Source: Tubiluchus corallicola (taxonomy: Eukaryota; Animalia; Priapulida). Taken from it: a stretch of DNA of 64,000 bases. Each line of letters starts with the position of its first letter. Position 1 is the stretch's first letter. The position numbers and the translations under genes were made by a program. Below are positions 52,321 through 64,000 of the stretch, in pieces. The DNA is taken from contig JAQGDQ010000934.1 of NCBI GenBank assembly GCA_030141605.1, positions 1-64,000 of the forward strand, given 5' to 3'. The notes beneath the pieces are model-generated. The model saw nothing but the letters and a program-made list of their open reading frames with translations. It did not search any database and was not told where the DNA came from.

Positions 52321-52649
52321 TTAAGAAGCTGCTCTCTTTCTTGTCATGTCCAGGTATAACAACTGATGGTATTAGTAAATGAAGCCATTAAACTGGCATT
52401 GGTTTTACATTTTGAAACCACGAGACACGTCGACTTGAGCGCAATGAGAAGCCACTGTAATTACATCGGTTTTCTCTGTCACTATGGTCACAGCAGTACC
52501 GGATTTCCGGTTTCAAGTAATATTCTATTTCTTGCCAAACTTTCACTGAATCATGTCACTCCAGTTACTTGATACATGTAATTAGCTTAGATGTGATGAT
52601 GTCACCACTCACGACTATCATGCTGGTGCTATTCTTGTTCAATCAATCA

Positions 52650-52835
52650 ATGTTAATTTATTCCTGTCCTGAATGCTGCTAAATGGCTCCACCCAAATGG
52701 CTGTTTCTGTTGCTGTTGTTGTTGTTGTTGCTGCTGCTGCTGCTGTTGTTGTTGCTGCTGCTACTGTTGTTGTTGTTGTTGCTGTTGTCATTTTATTCCT
52801 GTCCTGACTGCTGGTAAATGGCTCGATCCAAATGG

Positions 52836-52879
<44 letters not shown>

Positions 52880-53015
52880 CCTGTTAATTTATTCCTGTGC
52901 TGAAAATGACTGCTGTTAAATGGCTCGATTCAAATGGCTGTTTCTGTTGCTGTTGCTGCTGTTGAGGCTGTTTCTGTTGTTATTGCTGCTGTTGTGGCTG
53001 TGGCTGTTGTTGTTA
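52650..53015. repeat. ~130-bp units containing (GTT/GCT)n
   Basis: ttttattcctgt.ctga..gctg.taaatggctc occurs three times. Confidence 0.75.
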
Positions 53016-53427
53016 CAAAAGCACTGCTCACTGTTAAACTTCTAGTAGACTGGTGTAAGCGGTTTTTGTTAGAACACGAAGAACTGCATACTACACAAGT
53101 GAGGCATTCACATTCACACGACAAAGACGCAGTGTAGTTATGGAGGCAAGATTCTAAAATCTCTAATACGATTTCAGCCTATAAGTGAGTTCAGGATGCG
53201 CTAGCTCCTTTAGTTCAGAAATAATATTACAAGATGGCAACACCTGTGCTGTAAACACTGCCATAAGGCTAACTGGCCATTACGTGTTGACATGTTTTGA
53301 TAAATTTATTGAAATATTATAAGCTGATGCCCTTCAAACTTTTTTCTTATTTCCGCCACAATTTACTGAGGCAGGTTGACAGGTTTACGTTTGAGACTAG
53401 CAGTTTATGATCAGACTGAATATAGGG

Positions 53428-53861
53428 ATGTGCTGATTTAAACTTGTATTGCCCCCTCTTTTCTGTTATAAACTGGTTTCCTTTTAAACAGGTCATGTGA
53501 CCAGTCTTTTACCTGTACACTTACCTGTAGATTGGAGCCACTCAGGCATTCACACACTGCAGTGACAGATTGTTTAGCGTCATTCATTGATTCGTTGTTA
53601 TAATTTCATAATTACACTTATAGAAGATCACCATGTAAGTTGATTTATTAATTTCTTAAATCTTGAACCTTTGTTTATTAAAAAGACTAGAGATTAGATT
53701 TTGTAATTTGCGTAAAACTTTGTTAAAGTTAATTAGTTCAATTTGGTTTAGATTTCCATGTAAAATTGAGCAAAATTATATAAAATTATCTTATTTGTTT
53801 TCAGGTTAAACGATACAAGCTTCACAATTATGTTGTTAGAGATTTTTTTATAAGAAGGTAG
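53428..53861 (-). repeat. Dispersed repeat D, copy 2, flanked by 39-bp direct repeats
   Basis: CGTTTGAGACTAGCAGTTTATGATCAGACTGAATATAGG at 53388-53426 and 53867-53905. Confidence 0.85.
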
Positions 53862-54159
53862 CACAGCGTTTGAGACTAGCAGTTTATGATCAGACTGAAT
53901 ATAGGTCCTTCCAGAACCAGTTAATTTTCTTGTGAATTAATAACATTGGTGTTTTAGCCGTTCGTCTGTTATTTAAAACTTATGAAAGAACATGTAATTT
54001 AGCCAGGATAAACGATGTTTAAAAAAGGTCAAATAAATAACCGCTGGGGAAATAAAACCGCTTTAAAATAAACCTTTTGAAGTTGACAGAAAAGTCAATT
54101 TCACGCTAGAAGTACAGCAAGGTAGAAAATGATATTACTTAGCGATTAAACGACGAAGT

Positions 54160-55042
54160 GTCAAAGGAATGATGTAAAACTTCGTAACAAACTGCATCCG
54201 TTTCCAGAGTCAAAGGAATGATGTAAAACTGCATAACAAACTGCATCCGTTTCCAGAGTCAAAGGAATGATGTAAAACTGCATAACAAACTGTATCCATT
54301 TCCAGAGTCAAAGGAATGATGTAAAACTTCGTAACAAACTGCATCCGTTTCCAGAGTCAAAGGAATGATGTAAAACTTCGTAACAAACTGCATCCATTTC
54401 CAGAGTCAAAGGAATGATGTAAAACTGCATAACAAACTGTATCCATTTCCAGAGTCAAAGGAATGATGTAAAACTGCATAACAAACTGCATCCGTTTCCA
54501 GAGTCAAAGGAGTGATGTAAAACTGCATAACAAACTGCATCCGTTTCCAGAGTCAAAGGAATGATGTAAAACTGCATAACAAACTGTATCCATTTCCAGA
54601 GTCAAAGGAATGATGTAAAACTTCGTAACAAACTGCATCCGTTTCCAGAGTCAAAGGAATGATGTAAAACTTCGTAACAAACTGCATCCATTTCCAGAGT
54701 CAAAGGAATGATGTAAAACTTTGTAACAAACTGCATCCATTTCCAGAGTCAAAGGAATGATGTAAAACTTCGTAACAAACTGCATCCGTTTCCAGAGTCA
54801 AAGGAATGATGTAAAACTTCGTAACAAACTGCATCCGTTTCCAGAGTCAAAGGAATGATGTAAAACTTCGTAACAAACTGCATCCGTTTCCAGAGTCAAA
54901 GGAATGATGTAAAACTTCGTAACAAACTGCATCCATTTCCAGAGTCAAAGGAATGATGTAAAACTTCGTAACAAGCTGCATCCGTTTCCAGAGTCAAAGG
55001 AATGATGTAAAAACTGCATAACAAACTGCATCCGTTTCCAGA
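54160..55042. repeat. 49-bp minisatellite, ~18 units
   Basis: gtcaaaggaatgatgtaaaacttcgtaacaaactgcatccgtttccaga. Confidence 0.95.
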
Positions 55043-55413
55043 ATCATAACCTTTCGACAGTTTCTACTGAGAGTGTCAATTTATTATAAAATTATGAATT
55101 AAATCAAATTGTTAGTAAGAATTTAATTTATGGAAATTGTTCAATCAGCATGGTTTAATTAACCAAATTTCTCGCATCAGCATTCAATGTGTTAATAATT
55201 TATTATACACATTCATAATTTTTGATTAATATTACTGGTAGTATTAAGCACTGGTGTTGTTTGAGCACTTGACAATGGCAAAAGAAGTTGGAGAAATTTT
55301 GTGATTCTGGAATAAGATGCATTTGTGATGAAGTTTTGCATGAACTCTTTGATATTATTGTCTATTTTTAGATTTCCAAACAACCGTTCTATTGCCGACA
55401 TACCTATTTTTTC

Positions 55414-55468
<55 letters not shown>

Positions 55469-55631
55469 ATCTTTATTTGCCATTAAAATACATTGATAAT
55501 CACCGATAAAAACTTTACAGAGATGATCAGTCAGTGTTAGTTAATAAAAACTTACACTGCTAAAGGCAAATGCATCAGTGCAATCTAAACTACTGTGCAG
55601 TAATGGAAAGTAACGACGAATAAAATCAAAC

Positions 55632-56076
55632 ATATTTACAACTATGCACAAAAAATGAAAAAAATTATGATTTAATTAATATGGTGGGTATATGAATTCT
55701 GAATTAGTGTGTATGTTGTCGTACTGGTGTGATGGTATTTCATATCTGGTTAATATTAGTGATTTTAATTTTGTTTTAAATGCTTTATTATACGAAGTGC
55801 AAACAAATCACACAAACAGCACTTCATATCTTTGACTTGCAAGCCTACAGAACTCAGTATTCGACAGCCATTTTGCTATAAACGCATAGTTATAACTAAC
55901 ACACATACACACAAATAAAACGTATTTACAACTATTCACAAAAAAATGAAAAATTATGATTTAATTAATATGGCCGTGGATATATGAATTCTGAATTAGT
56001 GTGTATGTTGTCGTACTGGTGTGATGGTATTTCATATCTGGTTAATATTAATGATTTTAATTTTGTTTCAAATGCT
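55632..56076. repeat. ~155-bp spaced direct duplication
   Basis: 55632-55785 vs 55922-56076. Confidence 0.8.
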
Positions 56077-56406
56077 GATAGGACTTGATTTGTTTAACCT
56101 GTAATAATTTGCTTATTTTTGAAATAAATAACCAAGAAAAATATTTCTAAGCAGAATAAAATCATATCATTTACAGTAAGTGAACCATCCGTATCTTTCT
56201 GGCTGGTGAATATTTTATTACACTACTGGATATTTTCCCAGACTCTGGTAAAAGCTTCATTATAATGAATTGCTCAACCTTCACAGGATTTCTCCCTGTC
56301 TATTTACTTAACAGTTGAAATAATAAATCAGGATAAACCCCAATCAATAATGCAACCGCCGAATAAGTAAATAGAATTAATTTGATTCTCTGTTGACATT
56401 TGAGTG

Positions 56407-59400
56407 AAACTAGATACAAGCACGTGTAGTGTAGCAGTGTGAAAGAAGCAGTCAGAAGGTTAAATGTTTGTTCAATATAAACTAGATACAAGCACGTGTA
56501 GTGTGTAGCAGTGTGAAAGAAGCAGTCAGAAGGTTAAATGTTTGTTCAATATAAACTAGATACAAGCACGTGTAGTGTGTAGCAGTGTGAAAGAAGCAGT
56601 CAGAAGGTTAAATGTTTGTTCAGTATAAACTAGATACAAGCACGTGTAGTGTGTAGCAGTGTGAAAGAAGCAGTCAGAAGGTTAAATGTTTGTTCAATAT
56701 AAACTAGATACAAGCACGTGTAATGTAGCAGTGTGAAAGAAGCAGTCAGAAGGTTAAATGTTTGTTCAATATAAACTAGATACAAGCACGTGTAGTAGCA
56801 GTGTGAAAGAAGCAGTCAGAAGGTTAAATGTTTGTTCAATATAAACTAGATACAAGCACGTGTAGTGTAGCAGTGTGAAAGAAGCAGTCAGAAGGTTAAA
56901 TGTTTGTTCAATATAAACTAGATACAAGCACGTGAGTGTGGTAGCGTGAAAGAAGCAGTCAGAAGGTTAAATGTTTGTTCAATATAAACTAGATACAAGC
57001 ACGTGTAGTGTGTAGCAGTGTGAAAGAAGCAGTCAGAAGGTTAAATGTTTGTTCAATATAAACTAGATACAAGCACGTGTAGTGTGTAGCAGTGTGAAAG
57101 AAGCAGTCAGAAGGTTAAATGTTTGTTCAATATAAACTAGATACAAGCACGTGTAGTGTGTAGCAGTGTGAAAGAAGCAGTCAGAAGGTTAAATGTTTGT
57201 TCAGTATAAACTAGATACACGTGTAGTGTGTGGCAGTGTGAAAGAAGCAGTCAGAAGGTTAAATGTTTGTTCAATATAAACTAGATACAAGCACGTGTAG
57301 TGTAGCAGTGTGAAAGAAGCAGTCAGAAGGTTAAATGTTTGTTCAATATAAACTATACAAGCACGTGTAGTGTAGCAGTGTGAAAGAAGCAGTCAGAAGG
57401 TTAAATGTTTGTTCAGTATAAACTAGATGCAAGCACGTGTAGTGTAGCAGTGTGAAAGAAGCAGTCAGAAGGTTAAATGTTTGTTCAATATAAACTAGAT
57501 ACAAGCACGTGTAGTGTAGCAGTGTGAAAGAAGCAGTCAGAAGGTTAAATGTTTGTTCAATATAAACTAGATACAAGCACGTGTAGTGTAGCAGTGTGAA
57601 AGAAGCAGTCAGAAGGTTAAATGTTTGTTCAATATAAACTAGGTACAAGCACGTGTAGTGTGTAGCAGTGTGAAAGAAGCATTGGAAGGTTAAATGTTTG
57701 TTCAATATATGTGGTGTTGTGTGGGGGGGTGGGTTTGTTTGTTTTTGTGGTGTGTGTGTGGTGTGGGGTGGTTGTGTTTGTTGTTTGTGGTGTGTGTGGG
57801 GGGGTGGGTTTGTTGGTGTTTTGTGGTGTGGGTGGGGGGTTGGGTTTGTTTGTTTTTGTGGTGTGTGTGTGGTGTGGGGTGGGTTTGTTTGTTTTAACTA
57901 GATACAAGCACGTTTAGTGTAGCAGGAAAGAAGCAGTCAGAAGGTTAAATGTTTGTTCAATATAAACTAGATACAAGCACGTGTAGTAGCAGTGTGAAAG
58001 AAGCAGTCAGAAGGTTAAATGTTTGTTCAATATAAACTAGATACAAGCACGTGTAGTGTAGCAGTGTGAAAGAAGCAGTCAGAATGTTAAATGTTTGTTC
58101 AATATAAACTAGATACAAGCACGTGTAGTGTAGTGTAGCAGTGTGAAAGAAGCAGTCAGAAGGTTAAATGTTTGTTCAATATAAACTAGGTACAAGCACG
58201 TGTAGTGTGTAGCAGTGTGAAAGAAGCAGTCAGAAGATTAAATGTTTGTTCAATATAAACTAGATACAAGCACGTGTAGTGTGTAGCAGTGTGAAAGAAG
58301 CAGTCAGAAGGTTAAATGTTTGTTCAATATAAACTAGATACAAGCACGTGTAGTGTGTAGCAGTGTGAAAGAAGCAGTCAGAAGGTTAAATGTTTGTTCA
58401 ATATAAACTAGATACAAGCACGTGTAGTGTGTAGCAGTGTGAAAGAAGCAGTCAGAAGGTTAAATGTTTGTTCAATATAAACTAGATACAAGCACGTGTA
58501 GTGTAGCAGTGTGAAAGAAGCAGTCAGAAGGTTAAATGTTTGTTCAATATAAACTAGATACAAGCACGTGTAGTGTGTAGCAGTGTGAAAGAAGCAGTCA
58601 GAAGATTAAATGTTTGTTCAATATAAACTAGATACAAGCACGTGTAATGTGTAGCAGTGTGAAAGAAGCAGTCAGAAGGTTAAATGTTTGTTCAATATAA
58701 ACTAGATACAAGCATGTGTAGTGTAGCAGTATGAAAGAAGCAGTCAGAAGGTTAAATGTTTGTTCAGGATAAACTAGATACAAGCACGTGTAGTGTAGCA
58801 GTGTGAAAGAAGCAGTCAGAAGGTTAAATGTTTGTTCAATATAAACTAGATACAAGCACGTGTAGTGTAGCAGTGTGAAAGAAGCAGTCAGAAGGTTAAA
58901 TGTTTGTTCAATATAAACTAGATACAAGCACGTGTGGTGTGTAGCAGTGTGAAAGAAGCAGTCAGAAGGTTAAATGTTTGTTCAATATAAACTAGATACA
59001 AGCGCGTGTAGTGTGTAGCAGTGTGAAAGAAGCAGTCAGAAGATTAAATGTTTGTTCAATATAAACTAGATACAAGCACGTGTAGTGTAGCAGTGTGAAA
59101 GAAGCAGTCAGAAGGTTAAATGTTTGTTCAATATAAACTAGATACAAGCACGTGTAGTGTGTAGCAGTGTGAAAGAAGCAGTCAGAAGGTTAAATGTTTG
59201 TTCAATATAAACTAGATACAAGCACGTGTAGTGTAGCAGTGTGAAAGAAGCAGTCAGAAGGTTAAATGTTTGTTCAATATAAACTAGATACAAGCACGTG
59301 TAGTGTGTAGCAGTGTGAAAGAAGCAGTCAGAAGGTTAAATGTTTGTTCAATATAAACTAGATACAAGCACGTGTAGTGTAGCAGTGTGAAAGAAGCAGT

Positions 59401-59643
59401 CAGAAGGTTAAATGTTTGTTCAATATAAACTAGATACAAGCACGTGTAGTGTAGCAGTGTGAAAGAAGCAGTCAGAAGGTTAAATGTTTGTTCAATATAA
59501 ACTAGATACAAGCACGTGTAGTGTAGCAGTGTGAAAGAAGCAGTCAGAAGGTTAAATGTTTGTTCAATATAAACTAGATACAAGCACGTGTAATGTAGCA
59601 GTGTGAAAGAAGCAGTCAGAAGGTTAAATGTTTGTTCAATATA
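56407..59643. repeat. 72-74-bp satellite, ~42 units, interrupted at 57710-57895
   Basis: aaactagatacaagcacgtgtagtg(tg)tagcagtgtgaaagaagcagtcagaaggttaaatgtttgttcaatat. Confidence 0.95.
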
Positions 59644-60012
59644 CACACGACTGATGCCATTATCACACCATATCAAGCAGTAAGAAATAGTAAGCCCATT
59701 CGTGAATTAAAGGAACGGTCAAGCCTTTTTGAAAGCCTGGAAATTACCCCAGCCTGACACGGGGTAATTTATATATAAAAAATTGTGTTCCTTTAATATT
59801 TACACCACTTTAGAGGGAATATAAAACAAACGAAGCCACTTCTAATACTCACTCAACGATAACATGATGTAAACGTTCTGCTTCAAAATTTAGTTTTCGT
59901 CCTAAAATTTAAAGGAAAAGTCAAGCTTTCTGGAAAGTTAGGCTTATTTCAATGTTCGTGAAAAATGTTAGAAGAATTTAGTAATAAAAGAGCAATAAGC
60001 GCCTCATGTAAC

Positions 60013-60520
60013 TAGTAAAATCACTTTAAAGTCGTGATCACTTCATGCTTGGGCGCTCTCATTCTTCCACCAATGACGTCATAATTAGTAAAATCACTTT
60101 AAAGTCGTGATCACTTCATGCTTGGGCGCTCTCATTCTTCCACCAATGACGTCATAATTAGTAAAATCACTTTAAAGTCGCGATCAGTTCATGCTAGGGT
60201 GCTCTCATTCTTCCACCAATGACGTCATAATTAGTAAAATCACTTTAAAGTCGCGATCAGTTCATGCTAGGGTGCTCTCATTCTTCCACCAATGATGTCA
60301 TAATTAGTAAAATCACTTTAAAGTCGCGATCAGTTCATGCTTGGGTGCTCTCATTCTTCCACCAATGACGTCAAAATTAGTAAAATCACTTTAAAGTCGT
60401 GATCATTTCATGCTTGGGCGCTCTCATTCTTCCACCAATGACGTCATAATTAGTAAAATCACTTTAAAGTCGCGATCACTTCATGTTTGGGCGCTTCCAT
60501 TGTTCCACCAATGACGTCAT
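60013..60520. repeat. 73-bp minisatellite x7
   Basis: tagtaaaatcactttaaagtcg.gatca.ttcatgcttgggcgctctcattcttccaccaatgacgtcataat. Confidence 0.95.
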
Positions 60521-60821
60521 TCGTTCTGAACAAAAGTAACGTACTGTCAATTTTCATCAAAGGTAAAATAAGTTTTTACAAAATAATTAGATAGCTAATT
60601 TTGTATTACTTTTGCGTAAACATTACGCTAAGCTGCAGAAATTTGAATCAGTATACGCAGCGCGCGCTTACGGAAAGTCACGAAGTCTCCCAGTTACGTC
60701 ATGATTCTCAACCGAATAGCAGCAACCAAGACGCCCGAAAGATGCCATTCAGAGATAGTAAATTTTAAATTTATGCTTTATAGACAGCTTGTTTAAAATT
60801 TCTTTGTTATATTTTTCTACG

Positions 60822-61158
60822 TTTAAGTGAAAATAGTATAAAATAAACCCAATATACAGAGTGACTTGTTCTTTCCTTTAGCACACCACAAACAGTTTGT
60901 GATAACAGTAAATAAACCCAACATACTGAGTGACTTGTTCTTTCCTTTAGCACACCACAAACAGTTTAAGTGATAACAGTAAAATAAACCCAACATACTG
61001 AGTGACTTGTTCTTTCCTTTAGCACACCACAAACAGTTTAAGTGATAACAGTAAAATAAACCCAACTTATTGAGTGACTTGTTCTTTCCTTTAACACACC
61101 ACAAACAGTTTAAGTGATAACAGTAAAATAAACCCAACATACTGAGTGACTTGTTTTT
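60822..61158. repeat. ~81-bp minisatellite x4
   Basis: gtttaagtgataacagtaaaataaacccaacatactgagtgacttgttctttcctttagcacaccacaaaca. Confidence 0.9.
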
Positions 61159-61737
61159 TTCGTTTAAAATTATAATATCCTTTGAACACAATTCTGCTAA
61201 AAACTGAACTGAACTAAACGGATTTTATATCAACTAAGTAAATTTGGAGTTTACAGGATTCACTTTAGCACACAGCAATCCAGAATTCAGCATTAAATGG
61301 CAGCACTTACTTAACGTTGACGGTTGTGGCAGGACTGGAATCTAATCAAGGATAATCCTCTAACACAACGCACTGAAATGGCAGAGGTGTTCCAGCCACG
61401 TTCGGGGGTATCATATATCGTCTCGCTACGAGGCAAAAACCCAGAGTCGAAATAATGCATGAAACTGCCCAAATCAAAGACAGCGGTCACACATCCACTT
61501 ACTATTCAGCCTTAGTGTTGCTTACTTTGGGCCGCGACTACGCAGCTATTCTTCTGCAGAATGTTGTGCAGATATCAGCTCTTGTACTTGGAGTTTTGCG
61601 GTAACGTCTATTCAGTGTAGCTAAGTTGAGATTTAGAAAGATTTACACTTGTTAACGTACGATGGCAGCACGCTGGGTGGCTTCACAAGACCAGTTAATC
61701 AAGGGCCAGTTTTTTCTGATCCCTGCAAAACAGTTAA

Positions 61738-62197
61738 CCCTTTCATACCCGTTGTATCCTGTGGGATACAAGAATATCTTCTGCGTTTAAAATTAATAAA
61801 ATTTTAAACATGACAGTTATTTGATCTGTTAATAGTTATTTTGATTTAATCCAATAACAATAGACTAAAAATGGTGATAAAATGGCAAACTAGAAAATAT
61901 ACATAGCATAAAAAACTGCGCAAGGTACAGTACTTTAAAGACGACTTTGTACAGATCAGCATAACATGCATACTAAATGTCTTATATACTTTAAAAAATT
62001 ATCAACAGTTGCAAAATGAAGCACATTTTATGCTTCCATTGAATCCCAATGTATCCCGTGGGATACAGGCTATATTTAGCACGCGGGCACAGGTAGAAAA
62101 AAAATAATTATTATATGTAAACAAGATGGACATACTGAACAAAAGTACCAAGCCAAAAATTTTTTCTCATTAAAAAAATAATTTGGGACTGAAAGGG
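61738..62197. mobile_element. piggyBac-like MITE
   Basis: TTAA|CCCTTTCATACCC ... GGGACTGAAAGGG|TTAA; internal subterminal palindromes TGTATCC(T/C)GTGGGATACA at ~61754 and ~62050. Confidence 0.85.
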
Positions 62198-62991
62198 TTA
62201 AGTCGTTTAAGAGCCAATAAACTACAAAGCTATTGATGTTTTCACGAGTCGAGGAGAAGCAACTGTTTGCGTTCAGCGTCTGAAAAACAAACGACTTATT
62301 GACAGGGTAAATCAATGCCGTAAACAAAACAGGAAGTCGATATCGCAAAAAGTGGGAAAACACGCCTGTAAATAACGCAGCGTAAACAAACAACGGACTG
62401 GGAGTCACGAAAGAACAGGAACCCATGTAACTAACTGCAAGTAAACATTTGAACTAAATAATGATAGTGATAGTGACGATGACAATGACGATAATGAAAG
62501 TGATGATGACGGCAATGATTATGATAATGATGATGATGACGACGAATGCGATGCAACGACGCCATACATTTTCGATTACTGGTTTGGATAATGTGACCCT
62601 AATATTGCCAGCGTAGTAACTTTTCTATCAACTGCCCACAACAAGACCAATGACCACTGAGGTCAAGGGGCTATAGTGATAAGGTAGAAATAAGAATACA
62701 GGTCCCGAGAAAGAGCATTTTTGTAACTAGTTTACTCGTGCTGGGTATTGCGATTTTAGTTTTCGAGAAAATAATTTTCTGCTACAGAACACCGTAGATA
62801 AGAGACCCGAGGAAAAAATGGATTTACATGACAGCTGTTTTGCATCTAGCAATGTCCACGGAAAATATTAGGAGCAGGAGAAAAACTGACGTACCACACG
62901 ATTCTACCAACAAATCGCTAATGTTTACGAACCAATGACAAAAGATGCCATTGACAGCATGTTTATTAAAACAGCGACAAGAAAGGTTTAA

Positions 62992-63674
62992 AGGACAAGA
63001 AAAGGGGCACCTGAAGTAGGTTTCAGAAAAATCACATTAAACAATCATATTACTTTATAGCAATTTTATGCGCATATCTTACTCGCACTGAAAGGAATTT
63101 TAGTTTGTTTTCATTTTAAATCTCCCGCAATACTGTTCCGAAGTCGCCATTACATGACGTCATGTACCAAACGTAAATCAAGGGAAGAAAAGGAAATGTT
63201 AAATTATGTCTCAAAAGACTTTCCTTGCAAATCTGTGTTACTTAGATTTTCGCTTACCTGCTAGAAAGACTTATGTAACTAGAAAAGAAAATTATTAATT
63301 ATTTAAAATGTTTTCACCAATTGGTAAAATGTTGTTGACTCACCCTCCAGGGTGCACCACTTACTAACCAAAAACGTATTTTTAATCTTATTGACAAGAT
63401 GCAGTAATTTTAAATTTTATCTAGTTAATGACTTGTGCGCTACGAATGCTCTGATTATTTTTTCAAACTTTACAAAATGTTAGCTAAACTTATTTCAAAT
63501 GACCTGTCGTGAAAATGACTGCGTCTAACGGTCATCGCGGGAGTTTAAATTTACATGTTTTATACAGCGTTACTGCCGATTGAAGTCCTGCACGCAAAAA
63601 GGCAGTATGTAAGCGATACAAAATTTCAAAACGAATTTTTTAAGCTTTATGTTTATGAAGGGTTTTCTTGTGCT
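62992..63674 (-). mobile_element. MITE family C copy 2
   Basis: TTAA|AGGACAAGAAAA...TTTTCTTGTGCT|TTAA; reverse complement of 19807-20479. Confidence 0.85.
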
Positions 63675-63966
63675 TTAACGTAGTAAATGATCTTTGATGA
63701 GCAAAAGATGGCAGCAGTGTTGACACCAAATCAAACCCAACCAAATGCATTCGTGAAATGGGTTAGTCACAAAGCCAGTAACAAGCGATTGATAATTTAA
63801 ATTACCTCTATTTCAAAGTACTTGAAAGCGGAGAACTTCAAAATATATTAAAAGCATCTTAGTGACCTTTTGCTGCAAGCTAAACAAAAAGCCTTTTTAA
63901 TTTTAATTGAGCGTTATTATCATTGTACGTGATGGAATGAATCCACAGTTTCAATGATTTAATTAA

Positions 63967-64000
63967 CTCTTTCACTCCCAAATTATTTTTTTAATAAGAA
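63967..64000 (-). mobile_element. End of a second piggyBac-like MITE running off the window
   Basis: TTAA|CTCTTTCACTCCCAAATTATTTTTTTAAT matches the reverse complement of 62163-62197. Confidence 0.65.

Noticed and set aside
55100-55401. Possible decayed CR1-like ORF2 fragment on the minus strand
   Set aside because: No diagnostic endonuclease or RT motif recognisable.

Overview
AT-rich, repeat-dense eukaryotic (invertebrate) genomic DNA; the 5S rRNA-like sequence resembles molluscan/lophotrochozoan 5S. The only convincing protein-coding content is in the first 8 kb: two tandem paralogous spliced genes for single-Ig-domain type I membrane proteins (last exon only of gene A; three coding exons of gene B, about 200 aa). 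The other ~55 kb is non-coding. It holds microsatellites, more than 15 different minisatellite/satellite arrays, hAT, TTAA-target (Kolobok-like and piggyBac-like) and Harbinger-like MITEs, and RTE LINE derivatives. Nearly all long ORFs in the track are repeat artefacts. The most notable items are: (i) three Penelope-type minimal hammerhead ribozyme motifs in a tandem-plus-inverted arrangement in intron 2 of gene B; (ii) a TSD-flanked retroposon built from a full 5S rRNA head, a middle segment and an RTE 3' end (SINE3-like), with a second headless copy; (iii) a 53-bp satellite amplified from the 3' end of an internally deleted RTE; (iv) a minisatellite that appears to have arisen from, and truncated, the cytoplasmic-tail coding sequence of gene B; (v) a ~6-kb foldback-like inverted structure. 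All calls were made by eye; no searches or folding programs were run, and coordinates of repeat edges are approximate.
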